Assembly: GCA_963737655.1 (NCBI GenBank)
Contig: CAVTTN010000002.1
Span: 4,128,001-4,192,000, forward strand
DNA: 64,000 nucleotides
DNA from: an uncultured Planctomycetota bacterium
GTDB taxonomy: Bacteria; Planctomycetota; Planctomycetia; Isosphaerales; Isosphaeraceae
Direction: 5' to 3'
The notes below the pieces were generated by a model. The model saw only the letters and a program-made list of their open reading frames with translations, was not told the origin of the DNA and did not search any database. Of the stretch, positions 1-11,500 are shown in pieces; positions within the stretch are counted from its first letter, which is position 1, and each line of letters opens with the position of its first letter. Position numbers and translations under genes: made by a program.

Positions 1-700
1 CGGCCTTCCCGTCGGGACCGAGCTCCTTGACATGGAGCAGGGCCACGTCCGCGGCCAGCAGGGCGAACGCCTCCTCGACGATCTCCGCCATCCGTGGCAA
101 ATCTTCGGGACTTCGGCAGAGGTTCGCCGGGTCGAGGACGACCTTCAGCCAGGGGGACCGGACCTCGTCGATCAAACGGCGGGCCTTGACCGCCGAGTTC
201 ACGACGTTCCCGGCCTCGGGCTCGAAGGCGAAGGTCACCTCGTGCCGGTCGGCGATCGCGACGACCCGCCCCATCGTCGCGACGAGGTCGGCCCGGGCGT
301 CTTCGGATTCGTTCTCGGGATGATACCTCCACATGTTCTCGCGATCGCGGGTGCCCGTGCAAAGGGTCACGATCCGGGTATCCAGCCACCGGCATGAGGC
401 GGCGAGGACGTCGAGGCGATTGAGGTTCTCCTCCCGCCTCGCCAGGTCGGGGTCGATCAAGTTGAACGTGCCGGAGATCGCCGCGAGCCGAAGGCCCCGA
501 ATCGACAGAGCGCGAGCGATCCTCGCGCAATCGCTCTCGGGAAGGCGTTCCGGCAGCGTGGGCATCCCCGCGCTCGACAGGTTGAGCTGAACCGATCGGA
601 GCCCCGAACGACGGACCTCGTCGAGCGTCTCCTCCAACGAGGGCCGGACGAACGTCCGGGCGAAGATGCCCAACTGCGAGGGGGTGAGGGGGATCGCCAT
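1..700 (-). CDS. Sugar phosphate isomerase/epimerase family protein (xylose isomerase-like TIM barrel), runs off the window's left edge
   Basis: Not in the ORF track. Manual translation from ATG at 700 gives MAIPLTPSQLGIFARTF...ISGTFNLIDPD...LCTGTRDRENMW...FAFEPEAGNVV...VVLDPANL...LLHVKE, with the E/D/H metal-site pattern of this family. The ATG overlaps the TGA of the upstream gene (TGATG). Confidence 0.85.
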   Translation of the reverse strand, partial: MAIPLTPSQLGIFARTFVRPSLEETLDEVRRSGLRSVQLNLSSAGMPTLPERLPESDCARIARALSIRGLRLAAISGTFNLIDPDLARREENLNRLDVLAASCRWLDTRIVTLCTGTRDRENMWRYHPENESEDARADLVATMGRVVAIADRHEVTFAFEPEAGNVVNSAVKARRLIDEVRSPWLKVVLDPANLCRSPEDLPRMAEIVEEAFALLAADVALLHVKELGPDGKA

Positions 701-1773
701 CAGACACCCCCCGAGACGGCGGCGAGCTTCACGGAGTCACCCGTCTCCGTCGATCGGGCGATCGCGACCATCGCCCTCATCGCGGCCACCCCGTCCTCGA
801 CATTCGCGCCGGTCATCGGCGCCCCATCCAGGATCGTCGCGGCGAAGCCTTCGATTTGACGCTTGTACGTGTACGCATCCTCGCCCAGGGGGCGGCGGAA
901 GGTGCGGTCCTTCTCCGAGAAGCATTCCACCTCGCTCGACTTGTGGAACCAGGGGAGATGGATCTTGCCCGAGGCGCTTCCCAATTCTCCATAGACCTGG
1001 AAACCCTCCTGAAAATCGCCGCGGATCGGGATGGTCAGATCCAGATGTCCAAGCGCCCCCGATTCATAATCGACCGCGACGAACCACGAATGGGCCCCAT
1101 ACTTCTCCAGGTGGCGCGCCCGGACCGAGGCGATCGGGCCGCCGAGGAACCTCGCGGTATCGACGATGTGGCTGCCGTGGGTCAGCAGGAAATAGCGGCG
1201 GCGATCGGCCTTCGGGTCGCCTTCGGGCTTGAGCATGCCCGCGCTCTTCTCGGGGATCGGCTGGAGGTTGTCGGTCATGGTGTAGCGGTGGGTGGAGTCG
1301 CAATACCACGCCTTCACCGCCATCACGCCGCCGATCTCCTCGCGGATGAATTTCGCGGCGAACGCCACGCCCGGATCGAACCTCCGGTTGTTGCCGACCT
1401 GCAAGGTCAGGCCGGTCCGGGCGACGGTCTCGCGAAGTCTTTCGCACTCCTCGACCGTCACCCCGAGCGGTTTTTCCACCAGGACATGCTTCCCGGCCTC
1501 CAGCGCCCGGATCGCGGCCGGGACGTGGAACGGGTCGGAGATGCCGATCAGGACGGCCTCGACCTCGGGATCGGCGAGCATCGTGGCATAATCATAAAAG
1601 ACGCGTCCGGGTCGATGGACGGCCGCCATGCGGTCGGCAAGCTCGGTCGCGGCGTCGCAGATGGCGAAGAGCTCGGCGTTGCGGGCCTTCCGACAGGCGT
1701 CCAGGTGGGCGAACTGGGCGATCGGACCGCAGCCGAGGAGGCCCACCCGGAGCTTCCGCCCTTCTCGGCTCAC
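700..1773 (-). CDS. Gfo/Idh/MocA family NAD(P)-dependent oxidoreductase
   Basis: N-terminal Rossmann motif VGLLGCGPIA, AGKHVLVEKP motif, NRRFDP, and HGSHIVD segment. Confidence 0.93.
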   Translation of the reverse strand: MSREGRKLRVGLLGCGPIAQFAHLDACRKARNAELFAICDAATELADRMAAVHRPGRVFYDYATMLADPEVEAVLIGISDPFHVPAAIRALEAGKHVLVEKPLGVTVEECERLRETVARTGLTLQVGNNRRFDPGVAFAAKFIREEIGGVMAVKAWYCDSTHRYTMTDNLQPIPEKSAGMLKPEGDPKADRRRYFLLTHGSHIVDTARFLGGPIASVRARHLEKYGAHSWFVAVDYESGALGHLDLTIPIRGDFQEGFQVYGELGSASGKIHLPWFHKSSEVECFSEKDRTFRRPLGEDAYTYKRQIEGFAATILDGAPMTGANVEDGVAAMRAMVAIARSTETGDSVKLAAVSGGV

Positions 1774-3197
1774 GAGACCCTCCCGGGATAGCGCTGGCGG
1801 AGCGATTCCAGGAGGGCCTGACGACCCGTCCGGGCGGCCAGGGCGGCCAGGGCGTCGAGGTGCTCGTCGATCGGCACCCCGGCCAGCTCCTTCGTCGTAT
1901 GGACGTCCAGCGCCTGGGTCATCGCCTCGGCTCCGAGCCTGGGATCGTACTGGCCCTTCGCATTCTTAATCGAATTGATGGCCGAGCCGGCGAGGAAGAG
2001 GATGTCCCCGGTGATCCCTCGCGCCTCGGCGTCTTGCAAGTTGAGGAGGAGGTTGCCCTGGTCGAGCGCCCCGGCCCGGGTAATCATCGTCGAGGCGATG
2101 CCCTCAACGGGCCTGGTCAGGGCGTCCTCGGAGGCGAGCCACTCCTGGCCGTAGGGGCGGAGGAACGGCGTCCCGGGCTTGACCGGGGCCGTCTGGCGGA
2201 AGTCGATGCCGTCGAGGCGGGCGAGGAAGTCGATCACCTCTCGGTAAATCGCGCGGGTCCGGGTGCCGATCCCCGCGTTGTGGCCGTAGATCGCCGGGGG
2301 GTTCGGAAGGTGCTTCGTCGCCTCGCGGACCGCGCGAACGGCGCCGGTCGCATAGGTCTCGCTGAACATCACGCCGGTCGCACCGGCCTCCACCACGGCC
2401 TTCACGGTGTTGATGATCTCATGAGGCGCCCCGCTGACGTGAGGGGCGAAGATCAGGCCGAGTCCGCCCCGCTCGGCCCTCGCGCGCTCGATCGATTCGA
2501 GGGCCTTTTTTGTCCGATCGGCGACGGGCGAGTAATCGAGATTGGGATAGAGGTCTTCGTCTTCCTTGATGAACATCAGGAGCCGGCAGCCGGCCACCTC
2601 GGCGACGATCCGGCCGACGTCCTCGGCGGTGATCCCGGCCGTGGGCTTGAGGATCGTGCCGAAGGCGGGCTGATCGGGGGCGAAGCCGGTCATCCGTCTC
2701 ATGGCCCTGGGGCCGTGGGCCGGACCGGGGAAGGTCCTGAGGACTTTCTCGGGGATCTGGAGGGCGACGAGCCGCGAGTCCTGGTTCTCGTAGACGTCGA
2801 AGATGATCGCGCCGGCGACGGTGTGGAGGATGTCGCAGGACGTGAGATGCCCGTCGGGCTGGAGCATCATCTTCAGCGGGAACGCGACATGGAGAAGCCC
2901 GAGCCTCCCCGTCGAGTCGAAGGGATCGACGCCCGCGGGCTTCGCGGAGCATTCGTCGAGAAGCGAGCCCTTCGGCGGGTGCTTCACCCCACTCGTGGCG
3001 TGGTAGCTGATGTCCTCGACGGCATCTTCCAGCTTCTGGGTGCGGAACGCGAAGAAGTAGGTGGCGACGATGGCGTCATCGATCTTCGGCGGCGGGTTCT
3101 CGGCGAGGCGATCGGTCACGATCGCGCGGAGGGCAACCTCTCGGGCGTCGGCGTCGTGCCAGAGCGATTCGAGGACGTCGGACGGGAGGGTCTTCAT
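1770..3197 (-). CDS. RuBisCO-like protein (form IV, RLP), divergent
   Basis: FPGPAHG, FGTILKP and FIKEDED (the KDDE carbamylation motif read as KEDE), IYGHNAG, and C-terminal AGA and AGSAI loops, in the order expected for the RuBisCO large-subunit fold. Confidence 0.85.
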   Translation of the reverse strand: MKTLPSDVLESLWHDADAREVALRAIVTDRLAENPPPKIDDAIVATYFFAFRTQKLEDAVEDISYHATSGVKHPPKGSLLDECSAKPAGVDPFDSTGRLGLLHVAFPLKMMLQPDGHLTSCDILHTVAGAIIFDVYENQDSRLVALQIPEKVLRTFPGPAHGPRAMRRMTGFAPDQPAFGTILKPTAGITAEDVGRIVAEVAGCRLLMFIKEDEDLYPNLDYSPVADRTKKALESIERARAERGGLGLIFAPHVSGAPHEIINTVKAVVEAGATGVMFSETYATGAVRAVREATKHLPNPPAIYGHNAGIGTRTRAIYREVIDFLARLDGIDFRQTAPVKPGTPFLRPYGQEWLASEDALTRPVEGIASTMITRAGALDQGNLLLNLQDAEARGITGDILFLAGSAINSIKNAKGQYDPRLGAEAMTQALDVHTTKELAGVPIDEHLDALAALAARTGRQALLESLRQRYPGRVS

Positions 3198-3260
3198 CGC
3201 GAGACGGCCCGGCGGGGTAAGGAAGCGAGACGACTCCGGGGACGCCCCGGAATGCCTGCC

Positions 3261-3288
3261 AGTATGGCCGAGCCGGGGGGGGAGTCAA
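3261..3288 (-). promoter_or_regulatory. Putative sigma70-type promoter of the RLP operon
   Basis: On the minus strand TTGACT (3288-3283), a 16 nt spacer, then CATACT (3266-3261), about 64 nt upstream of the start codon at 3197. Confidence 0.5.
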
Positions 3289-3396
3289 GAGACCCGGCCG
3301 CCGACGGACGGCGACTCGTCCCGGACGGCGCCTTGATCCTCCGCATCGCCGGTGTCATCCTCTTCCATGAGACACATTCCAGGCGGGGACTTGGGG

Positions 3397-5138
3397 ATGA
3401 TCGCACGGGCCCGGATGTTTTTCGCCCTGGCGGCCCTCGCCGCGGTCGGCCCCGGGCCGGCTTCGGGCGAGCCGTTCGCGATCGTCGTCGGGATCATTGG
3501 CGAGGGGGACTCGTGCCGACCGTCGGCCTCTCGGGAGGCGGCCGCGATTGTGGAAGCCCTGAGCCGGGGCGGTTTTCGTCGCGATCGTATCATTGCGCTC
3601 ACACGACCGGCCGCCGCCGGGTCGCGCGGGCCGACCCGGGCGAACCTTCTCAAGGTCGTCGAGGAGACCGCCGGACGCCTCCGGCCGGAGGATGGCCTGG
3701 TGATGGTCCTGATCGCCCCCGGGTTCCGCGTCTCCCGGCGAGACGTGGGCGACGTGATCGCCGACGATGTGGGCGGGGTGGTCCGGTTGGATGAAATCCG
3801 CGCGAAGATGGGACGGTCCCGGGGCGGATTTCGGCTCCTTGTGCTCGATGCGGGTCGAGCGGCTCCGCCGGCCTCGATGGCCGCGAGCCTGGAGGGCGTT
3901 CGCGGGCCGGTGGACCCGGCCTCGGGTTCGGTGCCGGTGCTCTTTTCGAGCGGGCCGGGCCGACGGTCGGGCGGGGCCGGAGCCGACGGGCGATCCGCGT
4001 TCTCAACCGCTCTCGTGGCCGCCCTCAACGGCGACGCGGACACCGACCGCGACGGGGCCGTGACCGTGAACGAGGCCCTGGGCTTCGTCCGGGCCCGGTC
4101 CGGCGACACCTCGCCAATGTTCGAAGGGGAGCCGGGGACGGAGTCCATGCTCCTGACCCTGACCGGCCGAGCGGGCCCCATCGTCGCCGACGGCCACAAG
4201 GCCGTTCGTCGGGGGGACGACCGGGGCGCGACGACCGCGTTCTCTCGCGCCTCCCAGATGGACCGGGATTCCGTGCCGGCGTTGCTTTCCCTCGCCCGGG
4301 TCCAGGCCAGGAAGGACCCCGACGCGGCCCGGGCGAGCTATCTCGACGCCCTCCGGCTCGACCCGGGCCTCGCCATCGCCCACCTGGAACTCGGCGACGT
4401 TCTGGCCGGACTCGGCCGGGACGCCGACGCGGAGGCCGAGTACCGGAAGGCCCGGGACCTCGGGCAGGATCGTCCCGACCCTCTCGAGCACCTCGGGCGC
4501 CTTTTTCTCAGCAATGCGAATTACGTCGGGGCGATCCGCGAGCTCGACCGGGTGCTCGACCGCGACCCGGAAAACGCCTCGGCCCTGGGCTGCCGGGGGC
4601 TGGCCCACTTCTGCCTCCGACATGCCGAAGACGCCCAGTCCGACCTCGACCGGGCCGTCGCCTTGCAGCCGAGGTCGCCGATCCTCCGCGTGAATCGAGG
4701 CGTGCTGGCCATGTCGCGAGGCCGTCTCGAGGCTGCGTCGACCGACCTGGAAGAGGCCATCTTCTGGGCCCGCGACCTTCGCGGACCGGACGCGCAGCAG
4801 GCCTATTTTAACCGGGGACACGTGCGGTTTCTGCGGAAGCAATACGCCATGGCCATCACCGACTGGGAAAAATCTCGGCTCTCCGCCCGGCCTCCTCGGT
4901 GGAAGACTTCGAGATCGAGGTCTGGATCGGCCGGGCCTTCGCCGCGACCGGCGACCTGGATTCCGCGCGGAAGGCGTTGGACCGGGCCCTCGCGTTAGAC
5001 GACTCGCTCGTCGAGATCTATGAGACGAGGGCCGCGATCCTCGAGGCCCTCGGCGACGATGAGCGTGCCCGGGCCGATCGCTTTCAAGCGGAAACCCGCC
5101 GGATCCGACCCCAGCCCATCGGCCACATTAAGCGGTGA
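3397..5138 (+). CDS. Exported degenerate caspase-domain (C14-like) + EF-hand-like + TPR protein; apparent 1-nt deletion near 4868-4872
   Basis: Signal-peptide-like N-terminus, caspase-like elements (AIVVGI, PTRANL, VLDAG, SAFSTAL), DTDRDGAVTVNE loop and TPR repeats. Adding one A to the A5 run joins ORF 3352..4998 to ORF 4899..5138 (DWEKISALRPASSVEDFEIEVW), which encodes further TPR sequence. The start at ATG 3397 is my choice. Confidence 0.75.
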
Positions 5139-5219
5139 TGGGAGTTGCGATTGCGTTGTTCATAACCGGAGGATCGGGCGCCCTGGGTAAACTGCGCGTG
5201 CAAATTGGACGGAAAGCTT

Positions 5220-5247
5220 TTGACAACATAGATAGGTCGGGTAAATT
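5220..5247 (+). promoter_or_regulatory. Putative sigma70-type promoter upstream of the giant gene
   Basis: TTGACA (5220-5225), a 16 nt spacer, then TAAATT (5242-5247), in a relatively AT-rich patch about 320 nt before the start. Confidence 0.4.
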
Positions 5248-5566
5248 GGTCCTGCCACGTGATCCCTGATTCCTCCCGCATCGGACAGAGGATGAGACTC
5301 GGTGGGATCGGAGGGGTGCCGGAGGGGTCCGTTCGCGATGTCATGGTTGGCGTCGCGAGGTGAGCGGGGCCAGGACGTGTTGTCGCTTGCACGATTTTTG
5401 ACGACTACCCCCTTTCCTTTACGAACGTCCCGAGTGATATTCGGTAGCCGGCGAGGACTCATCAACGTCAGTACGAGACTGCACAAGAGTCTTCCTTGCT
5501 ATAGAGCGCGTCGCCGCGCCCGCCCCCAGCCCGTTAGGCCTGTCAACGCACGACGGAGAGCCGACG

Positions 5567-8500
5567 ATGAGCAAGCGTCCCGATCGCGTCCGGACGGATA
5601 AGAAGACTCGTCGCGCGCTGGCCCAGCGCCTCTTCGTCGAGCAGATGGAGCCGCGGCAACTCCTCTCGGTGGTGAAGTTTACGGTGAACAGCACCGGGGA
5701 CACCGGCGGCATGCCGGACATGAACAACAAGGGCACGCTCCGCCAGGCAATCGACGGCGTGAATGCCCTGACGGGGGGGGATACCGGCGAGATCGACTTC
5801 GCGATCGCCGCCGGGCCTTTCACCATCACCCCGGGGGCGGCGAACCCCCTGCCGGCCCTCACGAATCAAGTTTTCATCGATGGATATTCGCAGACCGGTG
5901 CGTCGAGGAATTCCAACGCGATCGGCGCGGCAGACAATGCGGTCATCCTGATCGCCTTGAGCGGCACGAACCTTGGCAGTTCCGACTCTCTTCTCGAATT
6001 CGACGCCGGAGGCGCCGGAAGCACACTTCGAGGCCTGGCGATCGGCGGGGGGGCCCAGACCAATGGCGTTTATCTGAACGCAACGTCCAATGTCGTGGTC
6101 GTAGGCAATTTCCTCGGGACCAACGCCGCCGGGACTGCCGCGAATCCCAATGCCGAAGGCGTTCTGATCAAGGGCGGCTCGAACAATACCATCGGGGCGG
6201 TGGCGGGCGCGTCCACGGCACCGGACCTCAACGTCATTTCCGGGAACTCCGACGCCGGCATCGACCTGATGGCCACCACCGGCAACCGGATCACGGGGAA
6301 TTACATCGGGACCGCCGCGACCGGGACGTCGGGCCTGGCCAACCAGAAGGATGGCGTGGCCCTTCACGGCACATCCACGAACAACACCATCGGGGGGGCC
6401 GGCCCGCTCGGGAGGAACGTGGTTTCGGGCAACGACGCCGATGCCGGAGGGACGTCGAGCCACGGGCTCTTCCTTGCTGACGCCTCCGTCGCGAACAACC
6501 TGATCTCTCACAACTATGTCGGCACGAACGCCGCGGGGACAGGGGCGGTCCCCGACACCCAGGGGATCGTCGCCGAGGGACCCGGCAACACCCTCAGCGG
6601 CAACGTGGTCGCGGGCATCAGTCAGTTTGGCATCGGCTTCTTCACGGCCGGGGTGACTTCGGGCCTCGTCATCGGCAATTTCATCGGGACGGACCCCACC
6701 GGCACGACCAAGATCGCCAACGGGGCCGACGGCATCGCCCTGTTCCAGGGGGCCAATCACGTCACGATCGGCGGCCTGGCGACGACGACCGGCGCCTCGC
6801 CGGGCAACGTGATCTCGGGGAGCACCCCGGGCGTCAACATCCACGACACCGGGACCACCGCCAACGTGGTCCTCGGCAACCTGATCGGCACGGATTCGTC
6901 CGGGACCTCGGCGCTCGGCAATAGCACCGGGATCTTTATGACGGCCTCGGGCAATACCGTCGGGGGCACGGTCTCGGGATCGCGCAACGTGATCTCCGGC
7001 AACACCGGGGCCGGCGTGGCCCTGGTCACGAACGGGACGGTCCCCTCCAACAACGTGATCCTGGGCAACTACATCGGCACGGACATCTCGGGGGCGTCGC
7101 TCGTCCCGAATTCGACCGGGGTGGTCCTCTCGGGCGGTGCGAACGGGAACCTCATCGGCGGATCGGTCTCCGGCGCGGGCAACGTGATCTCCGGCAACGA
7201 TAACGCCGGGATTTCGATCAGCGGCTCGATGACGACGGGCAACGCGATCCAGGGCAATCGGATCGGGACCGACGTCGCCGGCACCTCGGCGATCCGCAAC
7301 GGGCTGGCCGGCGTCTCTCTGGACGGTGACGCGAGCAACACGATCGGCGGGACGGCTTCGGGCTCCCGAAATGTGATCTCGGGGAATAACGGAGTCGGCG
7401 TCTCCATTTTCGGAGGGGCCGCCGGCGACGTGGTCCTGGGCAATTACATCGGGTTGGATACCAACGGCACCTCGGCGCTGCCGAATTCGACGAATGGAGT
7501 CGTACTGGCCACCGGGGCGACCTCGAACACAATCGGGGGCACGGCGACCGGCTCCGCGAACGTGATCTCGGGCCAGGCCGACGCCGGCATCGACGTCGAG
7601 TCCTCGTCCAATGAGATCGCCGGCAACTTCCTGGGCACGAATGCCGCCGGAGACGCCGCGGTCCCCAACGGGACCTTCGGCATCCTCGTGAACGCGACGG
7701 GCACCACCATCGGAGGTTCGGCCACCGGATCGGGGAACGTAATCTCCGGCAACGGCATTCACGGGATCGACATCAAGGCCGCATCCACCCTGGTCCAGGG
7801 GAACCGGATCGGCACGAACGCGGCGGGGACGGCGGCGGTCTTCAACGGCACCGGCATGACGGGCTCGGGCATCCTCATCGAGGCGACCGGCGCGACGATC
7901 GGAGGGTCGGCCAGCGGTGCCGGCAACCTCATCTCGGGCAATTTGAGCGAGGGCATCGACATCGAGGCCGCCTCCGCCCTGGTGCTCGGCAACTCGATCG
8001 GCACCAACGCCGCGGGGACCGGCGGCATCGCCAACGGGGACAACGGCATCCTGGTCGCCGCCGACGGGAACACGATCGGCGGATCGGTCGCCGGCGCCGG
8101 CAACGTGCTCTCGGGCAACACCAAGTACGGGATCAATGTGCAGGCCGGGAGCCAGGTGATCCTCGGCAACCTCGTGGGGACGAACGCGACCGCCACGGCG
8201 GCCGTGGGCAACCATGACGGGATCCGGATCGACGGGGCTTCGACCGCCAACACCATCGGCGGGGCGGGCGCCGCGGGCAACACGATCTCGGGCAACGGCG
8301 ATCACGGGCTCGACCTCTTCACCTCGTCGAACCTCGTCGTCGGCAACAAGATCGGCCTCCTCGACACGGCGCATCCCACGCTCGGCAATGGCGGGTTCGG
8401 CATCGATGTCCAGGGGTCATCCAACACCATCGGGGCCGCGGGCGTCGGCAACACGATCAACGGCAACGCGACCGACGGCACCTACATCCAGGGCAGCTCG

Positions 8501-11500
8501 AACCTCGTCCAGGCGAACTATTACGGCACAGACGGCTCCGGGTCCTCGGGCCTGGGCAATGGGGGCGCCGGGGTCGATATCAACACCGGCTCGAACAACA
8601 CCATCGGCGGATCGACGGCGGCAACTCGCAACGTGATCGCCAGCGGCGGGCTTGCGGGTATCCGGCTTGAGAACGGGTCGAACCTCGTCGTCGGCAACCT
8701 GATCGGGCTGGACCCCTCCGGGACGACGGCCCTTCCGAACGGGGACCAAGGGGGCATTGATATCGAAACCGCGTCGGTCGGCAACACGATCGGCGGGACC
8801 GTCTCCGGGCTGAGCAACACGATCTCGGGCAACAGCACCTTTGGGATCGTCGTGCAGTCGTCCTCGAATCTGATCCAGGGCAACCTGATCGGATCGAACG
8901 GCTCGAAGGGCGCGGGGCTAGGGAATTTGGTGTCGGGGATCGTGATCGGTTTGGGGACCGGCAACACGATCGGCGGGACGGTCGCCGCGGCGGCCAACGT
9001 GATCGTGGCGAACCAGTTGGGAGGCATCCAGGTCGCGACGGGCCCGAACCTGGTCGCGGGGAACCTGATCGGCCTGTTCGCCGACGGCACGGTCCTCGGG
9101 AACACCGGCTTCTCGAACCAAGGTAACGGCGTGAGCGTCGGTGGCGTGACGGGCGTGACGATCGGCGGGGCCTCGGCGGCTTTCGCGAACACGATCGCCG
9201 GCAACACCGCCGCCGGGGTTCGAGACCCCAACAGCTCGACCGGGCTGGTGGTGGAGTCGAATTCCATCTTCTCCAACGGCGGCCTGGGCATCGACCTCGG
9301 CTCGGCCGGTGTCACGCCCAACGGCACGGCCGGGATCACCAACTACCCCGTTTTCCAGGCGTTCTGGAACCCGACGACGAGTCTCGCGGCGTTTTCCGGG
9401 ACGTTCATCGGCTCGCCGAACACGTCGTACACGCTCCAGTTCTTCTCCGACCCCAGCCCCGACGGCTCCGGCCACGGCGAGGGCAAGACGCTCCTGGCCT
9501 CGCAGACGGTCATGACCGACGGCTCGGGTCAGGCCGTGTTCCTGATCACCGAGTCCGCCAACCCGATCACGATCGGCACCGTGGTCTCAGCCACAGCCAC
9601 CGAGCCGACGCTCGGCACCTCGGAATTCGCCCTGAACAGCACCACGGCCGACCTCCGGTACACCGTTCTCTCGACGGCCGACACCGCGACCCCGGGCACT
9701 CTGCGGACGGCCCTCATCAACGCGAACGCCTCCGGCACTGCCCAGACGATCCTCTTCGCGATCCCCGACCTTGACGGCACCCCCAAGGTCATCCAGCTCA
9801 CATCGGCCCTGCCGGCGATCACTCAAAAAATCGATCTCAACGGCTATTCCGAATCGGGCGCCTCGGCCAATACGAATCCCCTCAACCAGGCGGATAACGC
9901 GGTCCTCAAGGTCGTCCTGGACGGTTCGAACCTCGCCTCGACGAACCAGTACGGCCTCCAGTTCGCCACCGGAGGGATCGGCTCGACCATCCGAGGTTTG
10001 GCGATCGTCGGGTTCGGCACGACCGGATCGGCGGCCATAGAGCTGGATTCGGACGCCACGGGGACTCACTCCCTGATCACCGGCGTGTTCCTGGGCCTGA
10101 ACCCGGACGGGACGACGACGAACGCCGCGAATACCACGGGTGTCCTGGACAACGCCAACGGCGTGGTGATCGGCGGGACGACCCTGGCTGATCGCGTGGT
10201 CGTCTCGAACAACACCGGCGTGGGCCTGATCCTGAACGGGTCCGGAGGGCTGGTCCAGGGGGCATTCCTCGGCCTTTCCGTCGATGGCACGACAACGCAC
10301 GGCAACCCGATCGGCGTGATGGTCTCGGGAGATTCCGCGACGATTGGCGGGACGGCGGCCGGCTCGGGAAATCTTTTCGCGGGCGCAACCACGGAAGGGT
10401 TGAACCTCGCCTCCAACGGCGACCTCGTCGAGGGCAATAGCTTCGGCTTCGACGCCGCGGGGACTTCCAGCCTCCCCAACCAGATCGCCGTCCTCGTCTC
10501 GGCCGGCACGGCCAGCTCGATCGGAGCGACCGTCGCCGGCGCCGGCAACGTCATCGCGAACAGCGGCGGCGACGGGATCAAGCTGACCTCGGCGAGCACC
10601 CCCGGGACCTTGATCCTCTCCAATTCGATCTTCGCCAACGGCGGCCTGGGGATCGACAACAAGGCCCTCACCCCTCCCGTCCCGTCGATCACCTCCGCCT
10701 ACCATTTCTCGGACAAATCGATCCTCGAAGGGACGCTCCAGGGCGCCGCGAGCACCTCGTACATCGTCCAGTACTTCGATAACGCCTCGGGCGTCTCGGG
10801 TCAGGGGAAGACCCTGCTGGGGACCGAGGTCTTGACCACCGACGCCACGGGCTCGGCGACGATCTCGGCCACGGTCGGCGCGATCGCCCTGGGGGACGTG
10901 GTCACGGCCACGGCCTCCGAGACGACCAACGGCACCTCGAACTTCTCGACGGCCGCCGTGGTCGTCGATGCCCTGAAGGTCACGAGCAACGCGGATTCCG
11001 GGGCCGGGTCGCTCCGCCAGGCGATCGTCAACGCGAATCGCGACACCGCGCCCAACACCACGATCACCTTCGGGCCCGGTCCGTTCGCGATCCAGCCGAC
11101 GACCCCCCTGCCGACCCTGACCCATCCGGTCCTGATCGACGGTTTCAGCGACGGCACCTCCTCGCAGAACACGGCCGACACCTCGCACGCCTCCAACGCG
11201 TCCATCGACATCTTCCTGGATGGGGCGCTGGAGGCCGGCGGGTCGAAGGTGGGCCTGGATTTCGGCCCGGGGGCGGTCGGGAGCACGGTCCGGGGGCTGG
11301 CCATCGGCGATTTCGCCTCGGCGGGAATCCTGGTGGACCCGTCCGGCGGGTCGATCACGATCGCGGGCGACTACCTCGGCACCGATGCCTCGGGCAACGT
11401 CGCCAAGGCCAACGGCGTGGGGGTGAGCGTCTCGGCCGGCGCGACCGGCGTGACCATCGGCGGTTCCTCGCCGGCCTCAAGGGTCGTGATCGCCGGCAAC

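Noticed and set aside
1770..3197. Bona fide RuBisCO / Calvin cycle
   Set aside because: Several carboxylase-essential positions appear substituted, and no small subunit or phosphoribulokinase gene is nearby.
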